A stretch of DNA of 64,000 nucleotides. Source: Candidatus Bathyarchaeota archaeon (lineage in GTDB: Archaea; Thermoproteota; Bathyarchaeia; Bathyarchaeales; Bathycorpusculaceae). Below the pieces are notes generated by a model, which was not told the DNA's origin, did not search any database, and saw only the letters and a list, made by a program, of their open reading frames with translations. The position numbers were made by a program, and so were the translations under genes. The stretch lies in assembly GCA_963717465.1 (NCBI GenBank), contig OY970340.1:96001-160000 (forward strand), read 5' to 3'. Each line of letters opens with the position of its first letter. Position 1 is the first letter of the stretch. Positions 38,738-49,226 of this stretch are shown one piece after another.

Positions 38738-40567
38738 TTATTTTACGGTGACGGATTTAGCTAAGTTGCGAGGCATATCAGGATCAAGCTTTCTTTCTAA
38801 GGCTACATAATATGCAAGCAGTTGCAGGGGAACTACGAACGGGATTGGAGATAAAACAGGAGGTATGCCCTTTGGAACTTCAACCCAATCGTCTGCCAAC
38901 GCCTTGATTTCTTCATCGCCTTCTTCGATAATTGCAATGATTGATGCTCCTCTGGCTTTCATCTCCATAATGTTGCCTATCAATGTCTTGTGTGAATCAT
39001 CCTTTGGACAACTGAAGATAACTGGAAACTCGGGTTCAACAAGGCTAATTGGACCGTGCTTGCTTTCGCCTGCTGGAAAAGCGATAGATGGGATGTATGC
39101 GATTTCCATGAGTTTTAGTCTTCCTTCAAAAGCGGTGGCAGAGCTAATTCCCCTTCCTAGAAAGAAGAAAACCTTTGAATTACAATATTTCTTGGCGATA
39201 TGCTTGATTTTTTCCTCTTGAGTCAGAATCGTTTTATCAACTATATCAGGGAGTTTGTCGAGATTTTCTTCCAAGCGATCTATTTCATCCTGTGAAATCT
39301 TTCCTCTTTTCTTTGCTAATCTAAGTGCCAGTTGGGCTAAAACAGAAAGCTGAGAAGTGAAGGTTTTTGTCGCGGCAACTCCGATCTCTGGACCTGACTG
39401 TTGACCAATATACACTCTTGAGATGCGGGTCAAAGTGGAACCAATAACATTTGTAAGGCTTAAAATTGTGGCAGCGCGTTGCTGGGCAACGGTTACGGCT
39501 GCAAGGGTATCAGCCGTTTCTCCTGATTGACTTACAGCTAAAATAGTGCTGTCGATACTTACTGATTTACCATATTGTTCAATGAATTCGGAAGCATAAA
39601 CAGGATAAGAAGGCAGAAAGGCAAGTTTAGAGAACATGTATGATGCAGCTAAGCAGGCGTGATAACTTGTTCCGCAAGCAACCATAAACACTTCATTTGC
39701 ACGATCAAGGAAAGTTGAGATTAAATCCAGATAATGCTCTTGCATTCGAAGCGTATTTCGAAGGGTTGCAGGCTGCTCATGAATTTCTTTAATCATAAAA
39801 TGCGGATAACCCTGTTTAATAGCCATTTCAGCTGTCCACTCAATAATTTCTGGTTCACGGTTCACTATGCTGGAATCAGAAATCTTCTTAATCTCATAGC
39901 CCTGTGGAGAAAGAATTATCAGCTCACCATTGTTTACCGTTATTGCTTTGTTTGTTATCGGCAAGAAAGCTGGAATGTCTGATGCACAATAAACTCCATT
40001 GTCACTGATTCCTAAAACCAGTGGACTTTCGTTTCTGGCACAAATTATTTTATCTGGTTCTTTTGTAGAAATCACTGCTAAAGCATAGGATCCTTCAAGC
40101 CGTTCAATTGCATCCAGGACAGCGTCAGCTAATGATAATTTAGAATTGTTTTTCATAATTTCTTCAATCAAATGCGGAATAATTTCCGTGTCAGTTTTTG
40201 ACACAAATGTATGACCAAGATTTTGCAACTCAAGTTTAAGTTCAGCAAAATTCTCGATAATTCCGTTGTGAACCACTACTACTTGATTTTTGCAGTCTGA
40301 GTGCGGGTGTGCATTAACTTTCAATGGTGCACCATGCGTAGCCCATCTCGTGTGGCCAATTCCAACGCTTCCAGGCAAATCATCAAGGTTTAACTCTTTG
40401 TGCACTTCGTCTATTTTGCCCTGATCCTTTTTAGTGAATATTTTGCCATCTTGTATTGTTGATATTCCAACTGAATCATAACCTCGATATTCAAGACGTT
40501 TTAATGAGGCGTGTATTATTGGTGCTACTTTTCCTTCCTTTAAGACGCAACCGAAAATCCCACACAT
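38738..40567 (-). CDS. glmS: Glutamine--fructose-6-phosphate aminotransferase
   Basis: MCGIFG start, GHTRWATHG, SQSGETAD and PRNLAKSVTV motifs. Confidence 0.97.
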   Translation of the reverse strand: MCGIFGCVLKEGKVAPIIHASLKRLEYRGYDSVGISTIQDGKIFTKKDQGKIDEVHKELNLDDLPGSVGIGHTRWATHGAPLKVNAHPHSDCKNQVVVVHNGIIENFAELKLELQNLGHTFVSKTDTEIIPHLIEEIMKNNSKLSLADAVLDAIERLEGSYALAVISTKEPDKIICARNESPLVLGISDNGVYCASDIPAFLPITNKAITVNNGELIILSPQGYEIKKISDSSIVNREPEIIEWTAEMAIKQGYPHFMIKEIHEQPATLRNTLRMQEHYLDLISTFLDRANEVFMVACGTSYHACLAASYMFSKLAFLPSYPVYASEFIEQYGKSVSIDSTILAVSQSGETADTLAAVTVAQQRAATILSLTNVIGSTLTRISRVYIGQQSGPEIGVAATKTFTSQLSVLAQLALRLAKKRGKISQDEIDRLEENLDKLPDIVDKTILTQEEKIKHIAKKYCNSKVFFFLGRGISSATAFEGRLKLMEIAYIPSIAFPAGESKHGPISLVEPEFPVIFSCPKDDSHKTLIGNIMEMKARGASIIAIIEEGDEEIKALADDWVEVPKGIPPVLSPIPFVVPLQLLAYYVALERKLDPDMPRNLAKSVTVK

Positions 40568-40778
40568 TGCAAAGTTCACTTTCCAATTGCTTGTTGTTCT
40601 ATGCATAACCCTGGTTTATTAATAAGTTTTATTAAGAAACAATACATATGCTATAAAATTTTTTTTAATGGTCGGGTCTCATTTTTGTGTAATCACGCTT
40701 GGTGTAGGTCAATAATCTTTTGAACCATTATAAATAAATTTTTTATACTACTTTCCGCTTAACCCTACTGACATCAAG

Positions 40779-41738
40779 ATGGATAAAAAACTTCTTCTCC
40801 AAGAAAATGGCAACACCCAAGAAGTAAAAGAAATCAGCATAATCAAAGAGTCCACAAAAACTCAAGATCAATGCTAGGTAATCTAAGCTGGAAAATTCTA
40901 ACGATGCTATCAAAAGACGAAATGTACCCCATAGAAATCGCAAAACAACTCGGAATCCATGAGCAAAAAGTCTACTACCACATTAGAAAGCTAGCACAAT
41001 CAGGCGCCATAACTGTGATAAAAGAAGAAAAGAAAAAAGGTGCAACAGCAAAATACTATAAAACCGTTTCACCTGCTTTTGGAATAGAATTTTCCGGCGG
41101 CTATAAACAAATACAAAACATTCGCTTTACTGACGAACAATTAAAATTATTCTTCGATGAATTTGTCAGAAAGAAACATTCTGGATGGTAAAATAGTAGT
41201 TGGCAGTCCATTACCGCACGGCCCCTTTAAAACAAGCGCAAGAGACGGCCATTATGCTGCACATTTATCGCTTTTCTTAGGGCAATTTGCCAAAATGCCC
41301 TCTGAATTCGCGGTAAAATTGGACGTTGATGTTAAAGCTGAAAAAGAAGAGAAAAACAACTTAATCCTTGTTGGCGGTCCAGGAACAAACCTGCTTACAC
41401 AGGAAATAAACGATTATTTACCCATTAAATTTATAATGCAATCTTCCGAACAAGGTTTCTTGCTTGGCGGTTTGCAATCTCAAAAAACCATGAGAATTTA
41501 CACATCTGATGTTTCAGGATTAGTAGCTAAAATAGTGAATCCATGGGAAAAAACCAAACGCATCATAGTTTTAGCAGGAAACAAAGCTGTTGGAACAAAA
41601 GCTTGCGTTTTAGCCTTAACCAATTTCTGGAAAAAAACATTGCAAAATTATCAGGGGCAAGATACTTTTGCAGTTGTCATTCAAGGGTTCGATCTTGACG
41701 GCGACGGCAAAGTGGATTCAATCGAGGTTAATGAATAG
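40779..41738 (+). CDS. ArsR-type HTH regulator with C-terminal domain; several frameshifts
   Basis: MYPIEIAKQLGIHEQKVYYHIRKL HTH; continues in ORF 41157..41738 (NLILVGGPGTN). Confidence 0.75.
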
Positions 41739-42171
41739 TTGAGTTCTAAGAAAACTGAGAAAATTTTAGCTTACGGAAATCCTAACATCCAAGCTACTCA
41801 TCCAACTACTTTGATGCTCACAAAAGATAAGCATCTTTCAAAAACAGGTGATTGCATAATCGCGGTTGCCGCAAACAAAGCATTGGCAGATTTGAGCGAT
41901 GAATTTAAGAAAGCTCTCAAGGCGCCGAATGTTAAGTTAACAGTTCTAATCGAAGTGAATGGCTTAATTGAGCAAGTTACCGCTTTTGGCTCGTCAAAGC
42001 TTACTTTAACAGACAAAAATGATATAGTAATCAGAAAAAGCAGATTACGTTTGCGATCGGACATTAGCAATTCACTGCGATAAAGCTTCAAAGGATCTTT
42101 CAAGAAAACTTGTTGAAAAACTCAAAAAACCTGAAAACAAGGTAACCATAACACTTACTGTTGAAGACTAA
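41739..42171 (+). CDS. DUF371 family protein, frameshifted near the 3' end
   Basis: GNPNIQATHPTTL..TKD...GDCII and IVIRKS motifs. Confidence 0.8.
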
Positions 42172-43236
42172 ACAACCTTCACGTCCAAAACAATCTGCGA
42201 TTCAAAAGGAGCAGTTTCACGAACACTTCTAGCTTGAAGATATTTGTCCACTTTTCTGCCAGTTTTTTCAACCTCAACAGAAAATCGGTTTTTGAGGTTA
42301 TCCATTGAATCAGGCTTTCGGATGAAAGTGTAAAAATGAATTACGCCGCCTGAAAGCTTCAGCGATTGACAGGCAGCGGAAACATATTCTAACGCGGTTT
42401 CTGGCAGGTTCATGATGACGCGGTCTGCAACGCTGCTGAGTTTATTCGCTGCAACATGTTGGGCATCGCCTAAAATCGGGTGCACTCTGCTTTCTACCCT
42501 ATTAACCCTAATGTTAACCCTCAAAAACTCGATTGCTTGGGGATTAATGTCCACCGCGTAAACCTTGACTTTTGGATTTTTCTTGGCGATAAGCACCGAG
42601 AAAGGCCCAACTCCAGCAAACAAGTCAACAACTGTTTCATTTTCTTGAACCAGTGATGCCACGCGCTGGTGTTCATTGGAAAGTCTCGGTGAAAAATATG
42701 CTTTTTCAACATCAATGTGGTATATGCAGCCGAATTCCTTGTGGACCGTGTTGGTTTTGTTTTCTCCAGCGATGAAAGTAAATTGTCTTAACCGGTAAGT
42801 TCCACTTATTGCACCCGCTTTAGCGAGCACAGTTTTAACGTTTTTATGTGTTTGCAGGATTGCTTTGCCAATTTGGTTTGCGTAAATTTTCAATTCAGAC
42901 GGAACTTCAATGATAGCTATGTCACCAATGATGTCTAAGGCACGTGGCAAGTCTTCAAGCAAATTTGCCGGTATCTGCCCTTGGAGGACTTGCATGAAAG
43001 TTTTTGCGTTTTCTCGTTTCTCCAAAAAATCATCGGTTGTTAACTGTACATCGACCACTTGATCTTTAAGCATTGTCCACTCATTTTCTTGAGGTTGCCT
43101 CTCTAAGGGTATGCATAAAGTGTGTGTCTTGTCGTTTAATGCTCAAAGACTTGTCGATGAGTCCAAGTTTGTTAACTAAGGCTAAAGTTTTTTCTCCATG
43201 CGCTTTAGGAACTTTAAGGCAAACAGAACTTGGCAT
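42168..43236 (-). CDS. trm5: tRNA (guanine37-N1) methyltransferase Trm5 family; N-terminal domain frameshifted
   Basis: DIIGDIA, YFSPRL, DLFAGVGPF and DRVIMNLP motifs. Confidence 0.88.
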
Positions 43237-43240
43237 AAAA

Positions 43241-44279
43241 TCAACTGGTTTTTTCTATCTTGAAGAGGTTACTTACTTTTTGAATTGAAAATTTAACGCT
43301 TAACATTTTTTCCATGAGCCAAATGTTCGTTTCAAGATGCTGCGAAATTGTTGTGGTTAAGAAGACTTGATTTCCCCTTAGCCAAAGAGATGTAGGGAAT
43401 AAGCATATCAGCCAAGTACACGTCAACTGTCGGCGAAAAACTCAGGTCGCCAAGAAGCTTGAATGCAGCTTGTTTTCCAACAGTTTCACTTGTTTTTCCG
43501 AGCTCACCTATTGCGTCAGCACCGATGATTACTCCTTTTTCAGTTTCTGCCCACAATGTGATTGAACTGCCTTTTTGGAATTCGTTTGATTGGTCGTTTA
43601 CAACCTGTATGTTAGCGTTGAAGCCTTTTTGAAGGAGAATATCTTGTGCTGTTTTTGCTTGACGGCGAGCTACTTCTTTATCGGAAAGGAAAGTGCAAAC
43701 GGAAATCCCGTTTACGCTTTTAAGTTTGCCAAAGTCTTTAAGCAGAATAGGCTTTAGATTGCGATTCGGTGTTACATTCATTGTGGCTTCGCCCATCCCT
43801 TTTGGATAATAACCATATTTTTGGACGGTTATTTCTGCTTCAACACCCATTTGCTTTAGAACAGGGAGCAGGATATTGCGTAAGTAATTAATTGTTGGTG
43901 AATGGGAAACATCTGTCCCGCCTTTAGACACGTGCAGGCGAACAGGATTTTTAGAGAATAAGCTAATCGGCAAGGTGGCAAGGTACAGCATCGGGATGCT
44001 TCCGGCAGTTTGGATTTCTGCTTCCACGTTTCCTCCGATTATTTCATTTGGAGCAAACCAAAGTTCTTTTGAGCCAAGGCTTGCCCCTTCAATTTTTGCT
44101 TTGCAGAGTTTAGCTGCTGTTTGTACAGCTTCTAAATGTTGCGGTTTTAAGCCCGATGGTGATCGGCGCTGTCTTATGTTGTAGATGTGTAATGGTTGTG
44201 CTGTTATGGCTGATATTGCCATTGAAAGGCGAAGTAGTGTGCCGCTTCCACTTTTTTGGCTTCCATCAACCTCTAACAT
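43241..44279 (-). CDS. rtcA: RNA 3'-terminal phosphate cyclase; C-terminus frameshifted
   Basis: LEVDGS..SG..LR, GLKPQH, GGTDV and GYYPKG.G motifs; tail ISQHLETNIW in the adjacent frame. Confidence 0.92.
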
Positions 44280-44373
44280 ACTAATTCTTTCCAATGCAAG
44301 GTCTGATATTTGAGTTTGCAAATAATTAATAAGCGCCTTACATGTATTTAGGAATTTGAGGGGAAACGTTAAC

Positions 44374-44805
44374 ATGAGTGCTGACAAAGCGAAAATGGAT
44401 CAGTTAATTAGTAAACTTGATGAACTTCTTTCAGTTTTAGGCAAAGCTACAGAGGAACTCCGGACAATTTCAGCTTCGATGAAGTCGCTTGCAGTCGCCC
44501 AAATTACTCAGCCCGTACCTCAAACACCAACTTCAGTCCCGCGTGCAGCAGCCGAAAGCGGACCGCGCGCAGTAGCTGATAGCGGAAAGAAACGTTCACT
44601 TGATGATATTCGCATGTCATTTCCTGAAGACTTGGAAGCAAGATTGACGTTCGAAGAAAAGGGCGATTACATAATTATTAAGCCTAAACAGTTTTTAGGC
44701 TCTGAAAACTTTGCAAAGATTGCTTCTGCAGCACGAGGAATGGGTGGAGAATACATAAGCGCGGGGAAAGATTCTCATTTTAGGGTACCTAAGAAGAAAG
44801 CATGA
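44374..44805 (+). CDS. Conserved hypothetical protein
   Basis: Coiled-coil N-terminus and compact C-domain (FLGSENFAKIA...GGEYISAGKDSHFRVP). Confidence 0.65.
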   Translation: MSADKAKMDQLISKLDELLSVLGKATEELRTISASMKSLAVAQITQPVPQTPTSVPRAAAESGPRAVADSGKKRSLDDIRMSFPEDLEARLTFEEKGDYIIIKPKQFLGSENFAKIASAARGMGGEYISAGKDSHFRVPKKKA

Positions 44806-44808
44806 AAT

Positions 44809-45081
44809 TTACCGCGTCTTAAAATTGTGAAATTCGTTGATGCTGTCTTCCCATTTCAATTCTACGTTTTCCACTTTTGCTCTTGAAGGCCCATGCTTAC
44901 AAAATTCAACGATTGACTTGACAGATTCTTCTTCTCCTTCAAAAACGGCTTCCACTCTGCCATCAGGCAAGTTTCGAATCCATCCCTTAACATCAAGATT
45001 CTCCGCTTGCCGCCTTGTCGTTTGCCGGAAGAAAACGCCTTGAACTTTACCGCTTATGAAAATGTGAGCCCTCGTTTTCAT
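44809..45081 (-). CDS. acyP: Acylphosphatase
   Basis: GKVQGVFFR and GWIRNLPDGRVE motifs. Confidence 0.95.
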   Translation of the reverse strand: MKTRAHIFISGKVQGVFFRQTTRRQAENLDVKGWIRNLPDGRVEAVFEGEEESVKSIVEFCKHGPSRAKVENVELKWEDSINEFHNFKTR

Positions 45082-45150
45082 AACTTCTTCAATGGCATAA
45101 TAGACTAATAAATTTTAAAACTATATCCAAGAAACGCTTAATCTGGCTTT

Positions 45151-45618
45151 TTAAACTTGATATTTTATTTTTTCTCCAACAGAAAATAAGAAAAGAATTG
45201 CTGAACCAGGACCCAAATGCTTGAAAGTTTTAGTCAATTCGTGGACAACACTAGCATAATTATTTGACTTGTCCGAGCTGTCAATATAAGCCTGAAAAGA
45301 GCCGTATTCGTTGTGTATTTGCATGAATTTTCGGGCATTTAATATTGTTGCTTGGATTTTACTTCTGTTGCGTACAATCCCTTTGTCCTTCAGTAAACGT
45401 TCAAGGTCATCATCGTTAAAGCGAGCAACTGTCGGGATAGAAAAATTGTGAAAAGCCTTTTTTGTGGTTGACCACTTATTATCGATTACATGCCAGTTTA
45501 ATCCTGCCTGAAAAATTATTCTGCTTAAATTTTCAAAGTATTCATTATCGTTTGAAGGCCGCTTTTCCCTGAACCACCATTCTGGAGGCTGCCATTCATG
45601 TTCTTGCATTAAAATCAC
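45151..45618 (-). CDS. tag: DNA-3-methyladenine glycosylase I
   Basis: FQAGLNW, GIVRNRSKI and FKHLGP motifs. Confidence 0.85.
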   Translation of the reverse strand: MILMQEHEWQPPEWWFREKRPSNDNEYFENLSRIIFQAGLNWHVIDNKWSTTKKAFHNFSIPTVARFNDDDLERLLKDKGIVRNRSKIQATILNARKFMQIHNEYGSFQAYIDSSDKSNNYASVVHELTKTFKHLGPGSAILFLFSVGEKIKYQV

Positions 45619-45855
45619 CTAAGTATTTCGCTCAGTTAAAGGGCAAATTCTTGGTCGTCTAAAACCATATTTTCGACCAAAAATAGGGAGTTTTTGTTCA
45701 GATTTAAGGCGTTGTGGTTGCTTTTTGTGGTTACAATTGGCTTTTTTTCGTTTGCTTGACTTTACTTTAACTTACCTCTGTGCTGTCGTAATTAGTTGTT
45801 TGTGAATTTGCTTTAAATGGATTTTTAGCCTCAAATATGTTTAGAGAGTAATTGT

Positions 45856-46191
45856 ATGTATAAGAACAATATTGGGAAATTAATGGTGTACGCGTCGACT
45901 GGTTTTCAAGAACGCAAACGGTTAGAGTCTGTTAGAGCAGCTGCAAAAGAAACTGCTAAACGTTTGAATCTTGATTTTGAAATGGTGCATTTCGAAAAAT
46001 CGGGTTCGCCAATTTACGTGTACTATGAGGATGACGGCGAAGAAGCAATCCCCCTTTATTGTGATGAGGGAAAAATGACTGGATTAGACGAGATATGCTC
46101 TAAATTAAGAAACATGATGTTTGTTTTATCTTTTCATCCAAAGCATACAGCGCTAAAACAGCTACGAAACGAGATTGTTAAACTTTCTTAA
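45856..46191 (+). CDS. Conserved hypothetical protein
   Basis: 111-aa ORF with normal composition; converges on the arcadin-like gene. Confidence 0.6.
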   Translation: MYKNNIGKLMVYASTGFQERKRLESVRAAAKETAKRLNLDFEMVHFEKSGSPIYVYYEDDGEEAIPLYCDEGKMTGLDEICSKLRNMMFVLSFHPKHTALKQLRNEIVKLS

Positions 46192-46501
46192 AATGAATAC
46201 CTTGATTTTCTAAAGCTACCTCGTAAACTTGGTTAACATCGAAGGTTATGCCCAAATCGTCGTACTCCTGTTCTGTTAAAAACAGAATTATTTTCGGCGT
46301 GGACATTTGCGTTTTCTGCGGCAGAAACGGCATTTGCTGTTGCAAAGCTTGCATTATGTCTTGAGCCATTTTTGCTTCCTCCGATTGTGGTCTAAGAACG
46401 TACGGGTTGACTTCTCGTTCTTCAAGCAACTCTATTCTTTTTCCAAGGTTGCCATCTAAATCTCTGGTTGACTCAATTCTGTTAACTCTTACGCGGAACA
46501 T
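46178..46501 (-). CDS. Arcadin-1-like protein
   Basis: GKRIEL.E...KIILFLTE.EY..LG..F.VN.VYEV pattern recalled for arcadin-1. Confidence 0.6.
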   Translation of the reverse strand: MFRVRVNRIESTRDLDGNLGKRIELLEEREVNPYVLRPQSEEAKMAQDIMQALQQQMPFLPQKTQMSTPKIILFLTEQEYDDLGITFDVNQVYEVALENQGIHFKKV

Positions 46502-46652
46502 GGTCGGTTACACATCAATAGGGATTATTTAACTCATCATTTTAAGCTATTCTCTTTTTTTTCAGTTAACTTTATTCTTGCAAAAAATTTTCATGATTAA
46601 AAAGTAATTTTCTCTTATGTTCTTGATCCACTAATCGTTAGGAGGTGGAACA

Positions 46653-47816
46653 TCAGGAGGCGGTGACGGTGGTCACATTATTTGTGTTTGTTATGGATGG
46701 ATTAGTTTGTTGCCTTCTTCTCCTTTTCACTACGTAAATTATCAGTGCACTGATCCCTCCTGCGATGAAAAGAATTGCTATTGCAATCAGATACCATGGA
46801 ACAACTATAGCGTATATTACTGAACTTGTCGCACCAGCATATACGTCATTTCCTGACCAGCTTGCCAAAAAAGTGTATACACCAAGCGATTCAGGGTTCT
46901 ATGTATAAGTGAATTCGCCATTTGATTGTGTTGATGTTGTTCCTATCTGAGCTCCAATTAGAATCATCAAATTGCTCGTACAAAGTCACATTTTGATTTT
47001 CCAATGTCGGATTAATTTGGCCATTAAGAGTGAAATCATTATCCTGCAATTAGCACATTAAAAGTGGTTCCTAACGATAAAGTGCTTGACTGTCAATAGT
47101 ATTATAGCTGGCTGAAACTTGTCCAAGGCAATGCTTGCAACGTATTTTCTAAAGTGATCACTTGAGATGATGCAGATATAAATTCAGTGGGGCATTCTCC
47201 GATTCGCCATCCTTCCTGCCAATCCCCGCCTGTGCATTCACCAATGTAGTAATCTCGTGTCGTTATAGGTTACATAGTAATAGTTTGTGTATCTTATTTC
47301 CGTCGGAGGACTGTTAAGGTGAACACCAATCTCCATATGCTCCTGCGACTCATAATACAAAAGCACCACGTTAAATCCGCCGGCAATAAGTATTGAAGCG
47401 GCAATGTCAGAGAATAGGTCGCATTTTCCCACACCATTGCCATGGTTTCAACAGGGTATGTTTCAGCAGAATTTTCTTGATATGTTATTTGGTGAACAAT
47501 CATCAAAACTCCGTTAGCGTAGTCTTCTTGGTCATTGTATATTTGCCATAACTTGTCAGCTATAGGCTTTAACGCGTAAGGCGTAACGAACTTAGAAAAA
47601 TCGTTGGCCGAATGTAATTGATGATTCAAACCACTGTAATATTGAACTAGCGATTCAGGAATTGAAACATACAGTTGATAAGTAACATTTCCCCCTGGTT
47701 TATTGGTTAATTGATAAGTAATATTGTAATCCTGCGCTAAACAAGTAGGTAAAAAGGAAAGCGCAATAGCAACACAGAACTACAATCACCAAAGCTTTAA
47801 AGAATATGATTTTCAT
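46653..47816 (-). pseudogene. Fragmented surface protein (transglutaminase-like plus Ig-like domain, C-terminal TM)
   Basis: Consecutive pieces: signal peptide, KFVTPYALKPIA, GKCDLFS...HMEIGV, ASWSGN..YAGA, then TM plus RRRR. Many frame breaks. Confidence 0.6.
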
Positions 47817-47901
47817 ACTCACACTTTTACGGATAAGGGTTTATAACTATTTTAAATGAAGAATTACGAGTTAAAATATTTATTTCCAATTTATGCACAA
47901 T

Positions 47902-48735
47902 TTATTTACTAATTGTTTTTAGACCACTCTTCTCAATTAATTTTGAAAGTTGACTTTTTGCTTTCTCAAGTTTTTCATTCGGCTCGTCATCACTTTGACC
48001 AACAATGGTAAAGTGAATTTCGATATGAGGCTTTGCGGAGCCTATTTTAACATGAGATTTAACGTAAACGCCCTTGTTATCGTTCATGACTTTATCGATT
48101 AGCGGTGATAAGACGGATTCCATTAAGCTATCAATGAACAAGCTTGTTTCATAAAATCCATTCTTACCCGAAGCCTGCTTAAGCATTGGAGCAATCGTTT
48201 CTTGAAATATTGCCTCCATTTCCAAAGGCACTCCTGGCAAAGCGAACAGAATTGTTCCTTGCAAATCGACCAAAACGCCAGGCGCTGTTCCAACTGGATT
48301 ATGCAGTGGTTCAGCTTTTTCAGGTAACATTGCCATCTTTAACCTTGGCTTTGTTAACTCAAAGTCAACTGGAAGATTTCTCTGTTTAGCAAATTCCTTG
48401 TATCGCTGCTTGATCATTTCCAATGCTTTTTCATTTAATTCTAGTTTTCGGTTTAACCCTTCTGCAATGCCCAGCAAGGTCTTGTCATCAAAGGTTGGTC
48501 CTAAACCGCCAGTGGTAATTATAAACCCCGGTTTCCTGGCTAAAGCTTCCTTGACAGTGGTAGCGATTTCTTCTGTTATGTCTTGAATTACAGTTACACG
48601 TTTAACATTCACACCCAAACGCGTTGCTTGAAAAGATAAGTAATGAGCGTTAGTATCATGTATCTTACCTATAAGCAACTCATTGCCCACGCAGATTATC
48701 TCAAGATCAGCCACCATGCTTTTCACGCTTAACAT
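47902..48735 (-). CDS. CinA-like molybdopterin-binding domain protein
   Basis: VGNELLIG...DTN, TTGGLGPTFDD, NPVGTAPG and LPGVP motifs. Confidence 0.9.
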   Translation of the reverse strand: MLSVKSMVADLEIICVGNELLIGKIHDTNAHYLSFQATRLGVNVKRVTVIQDITEEIATTVKEALARKPGFIITTGGLGPTFDDKTLLGIAEGLNRKLELNEKALEMIKQRYKEFAKQRNLPVDFELTKPRLKMAMLPEKAEPLHNPVGTAPGVLVDLQGTILFALPGVPLEMEAIFQETIAPMLKQASGKNGFYETSLFIDSLMESVLSPLIDKVMNDNKGVYVKSHVKIGSAKPHIEIHFTIVGQSDDEPNEKLEKAKSQLSKLIEKSGLKTISK

Positions 48736-48812
48736 TGTTAATAAAAGAACCCAGTTTTAAGTTTTAAAGTGTTTACTGATTAAACGATTAAAAGCTTAGC
48801 GTTTGACGGCGT

Positions 48813-49016
48813 TTACTTTTTACTTAGATACCATTTTAAGTACTCTTTTCTGCGGTTTTGTCTTATTTCTTCAGGTGTTTCTTCATTCGGCCTGTTTTTT
48901 TCTCGAAGTTCACTGATTTCCTGCTGTGTTACTGATAACCCGCAGCTTTTGCACACGTAGTGTTTGGTGGATATCATGTACTGCATTTCTCCGCCGCATT
49001 CAGGACAATACGTCAT
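48813..49016 (-). CDS. Small zinc-ribbon protein
   Basis: CPECGG...CKSCG. Confidence 0.75.
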   Translation of the reverse strand: MTYCPECGGEMQYMISTKHYVCKSCGLSVTQQEISELREKNRPNEETPEEIRQNRRKEYLKWYLSKK

Positions 49017-49226
49017 TTACAGTTCACTTTTGAATTTAACATCATTACTGAGAGATATTAGTCTTATGCGATTTATTCGTCCTTCTATACGTTATTTTTT
49101 ATCAAACATTAGGTTCCGACCGCTCGTCATCGAAGTAAGCAAAGTTTTTCACCTAAGAAGCAATAAAAAACAGAAAACAATCGAAATAGTGTAAAGTTTT
49201 TATCTAAATTAAACAATTTTCACTGT

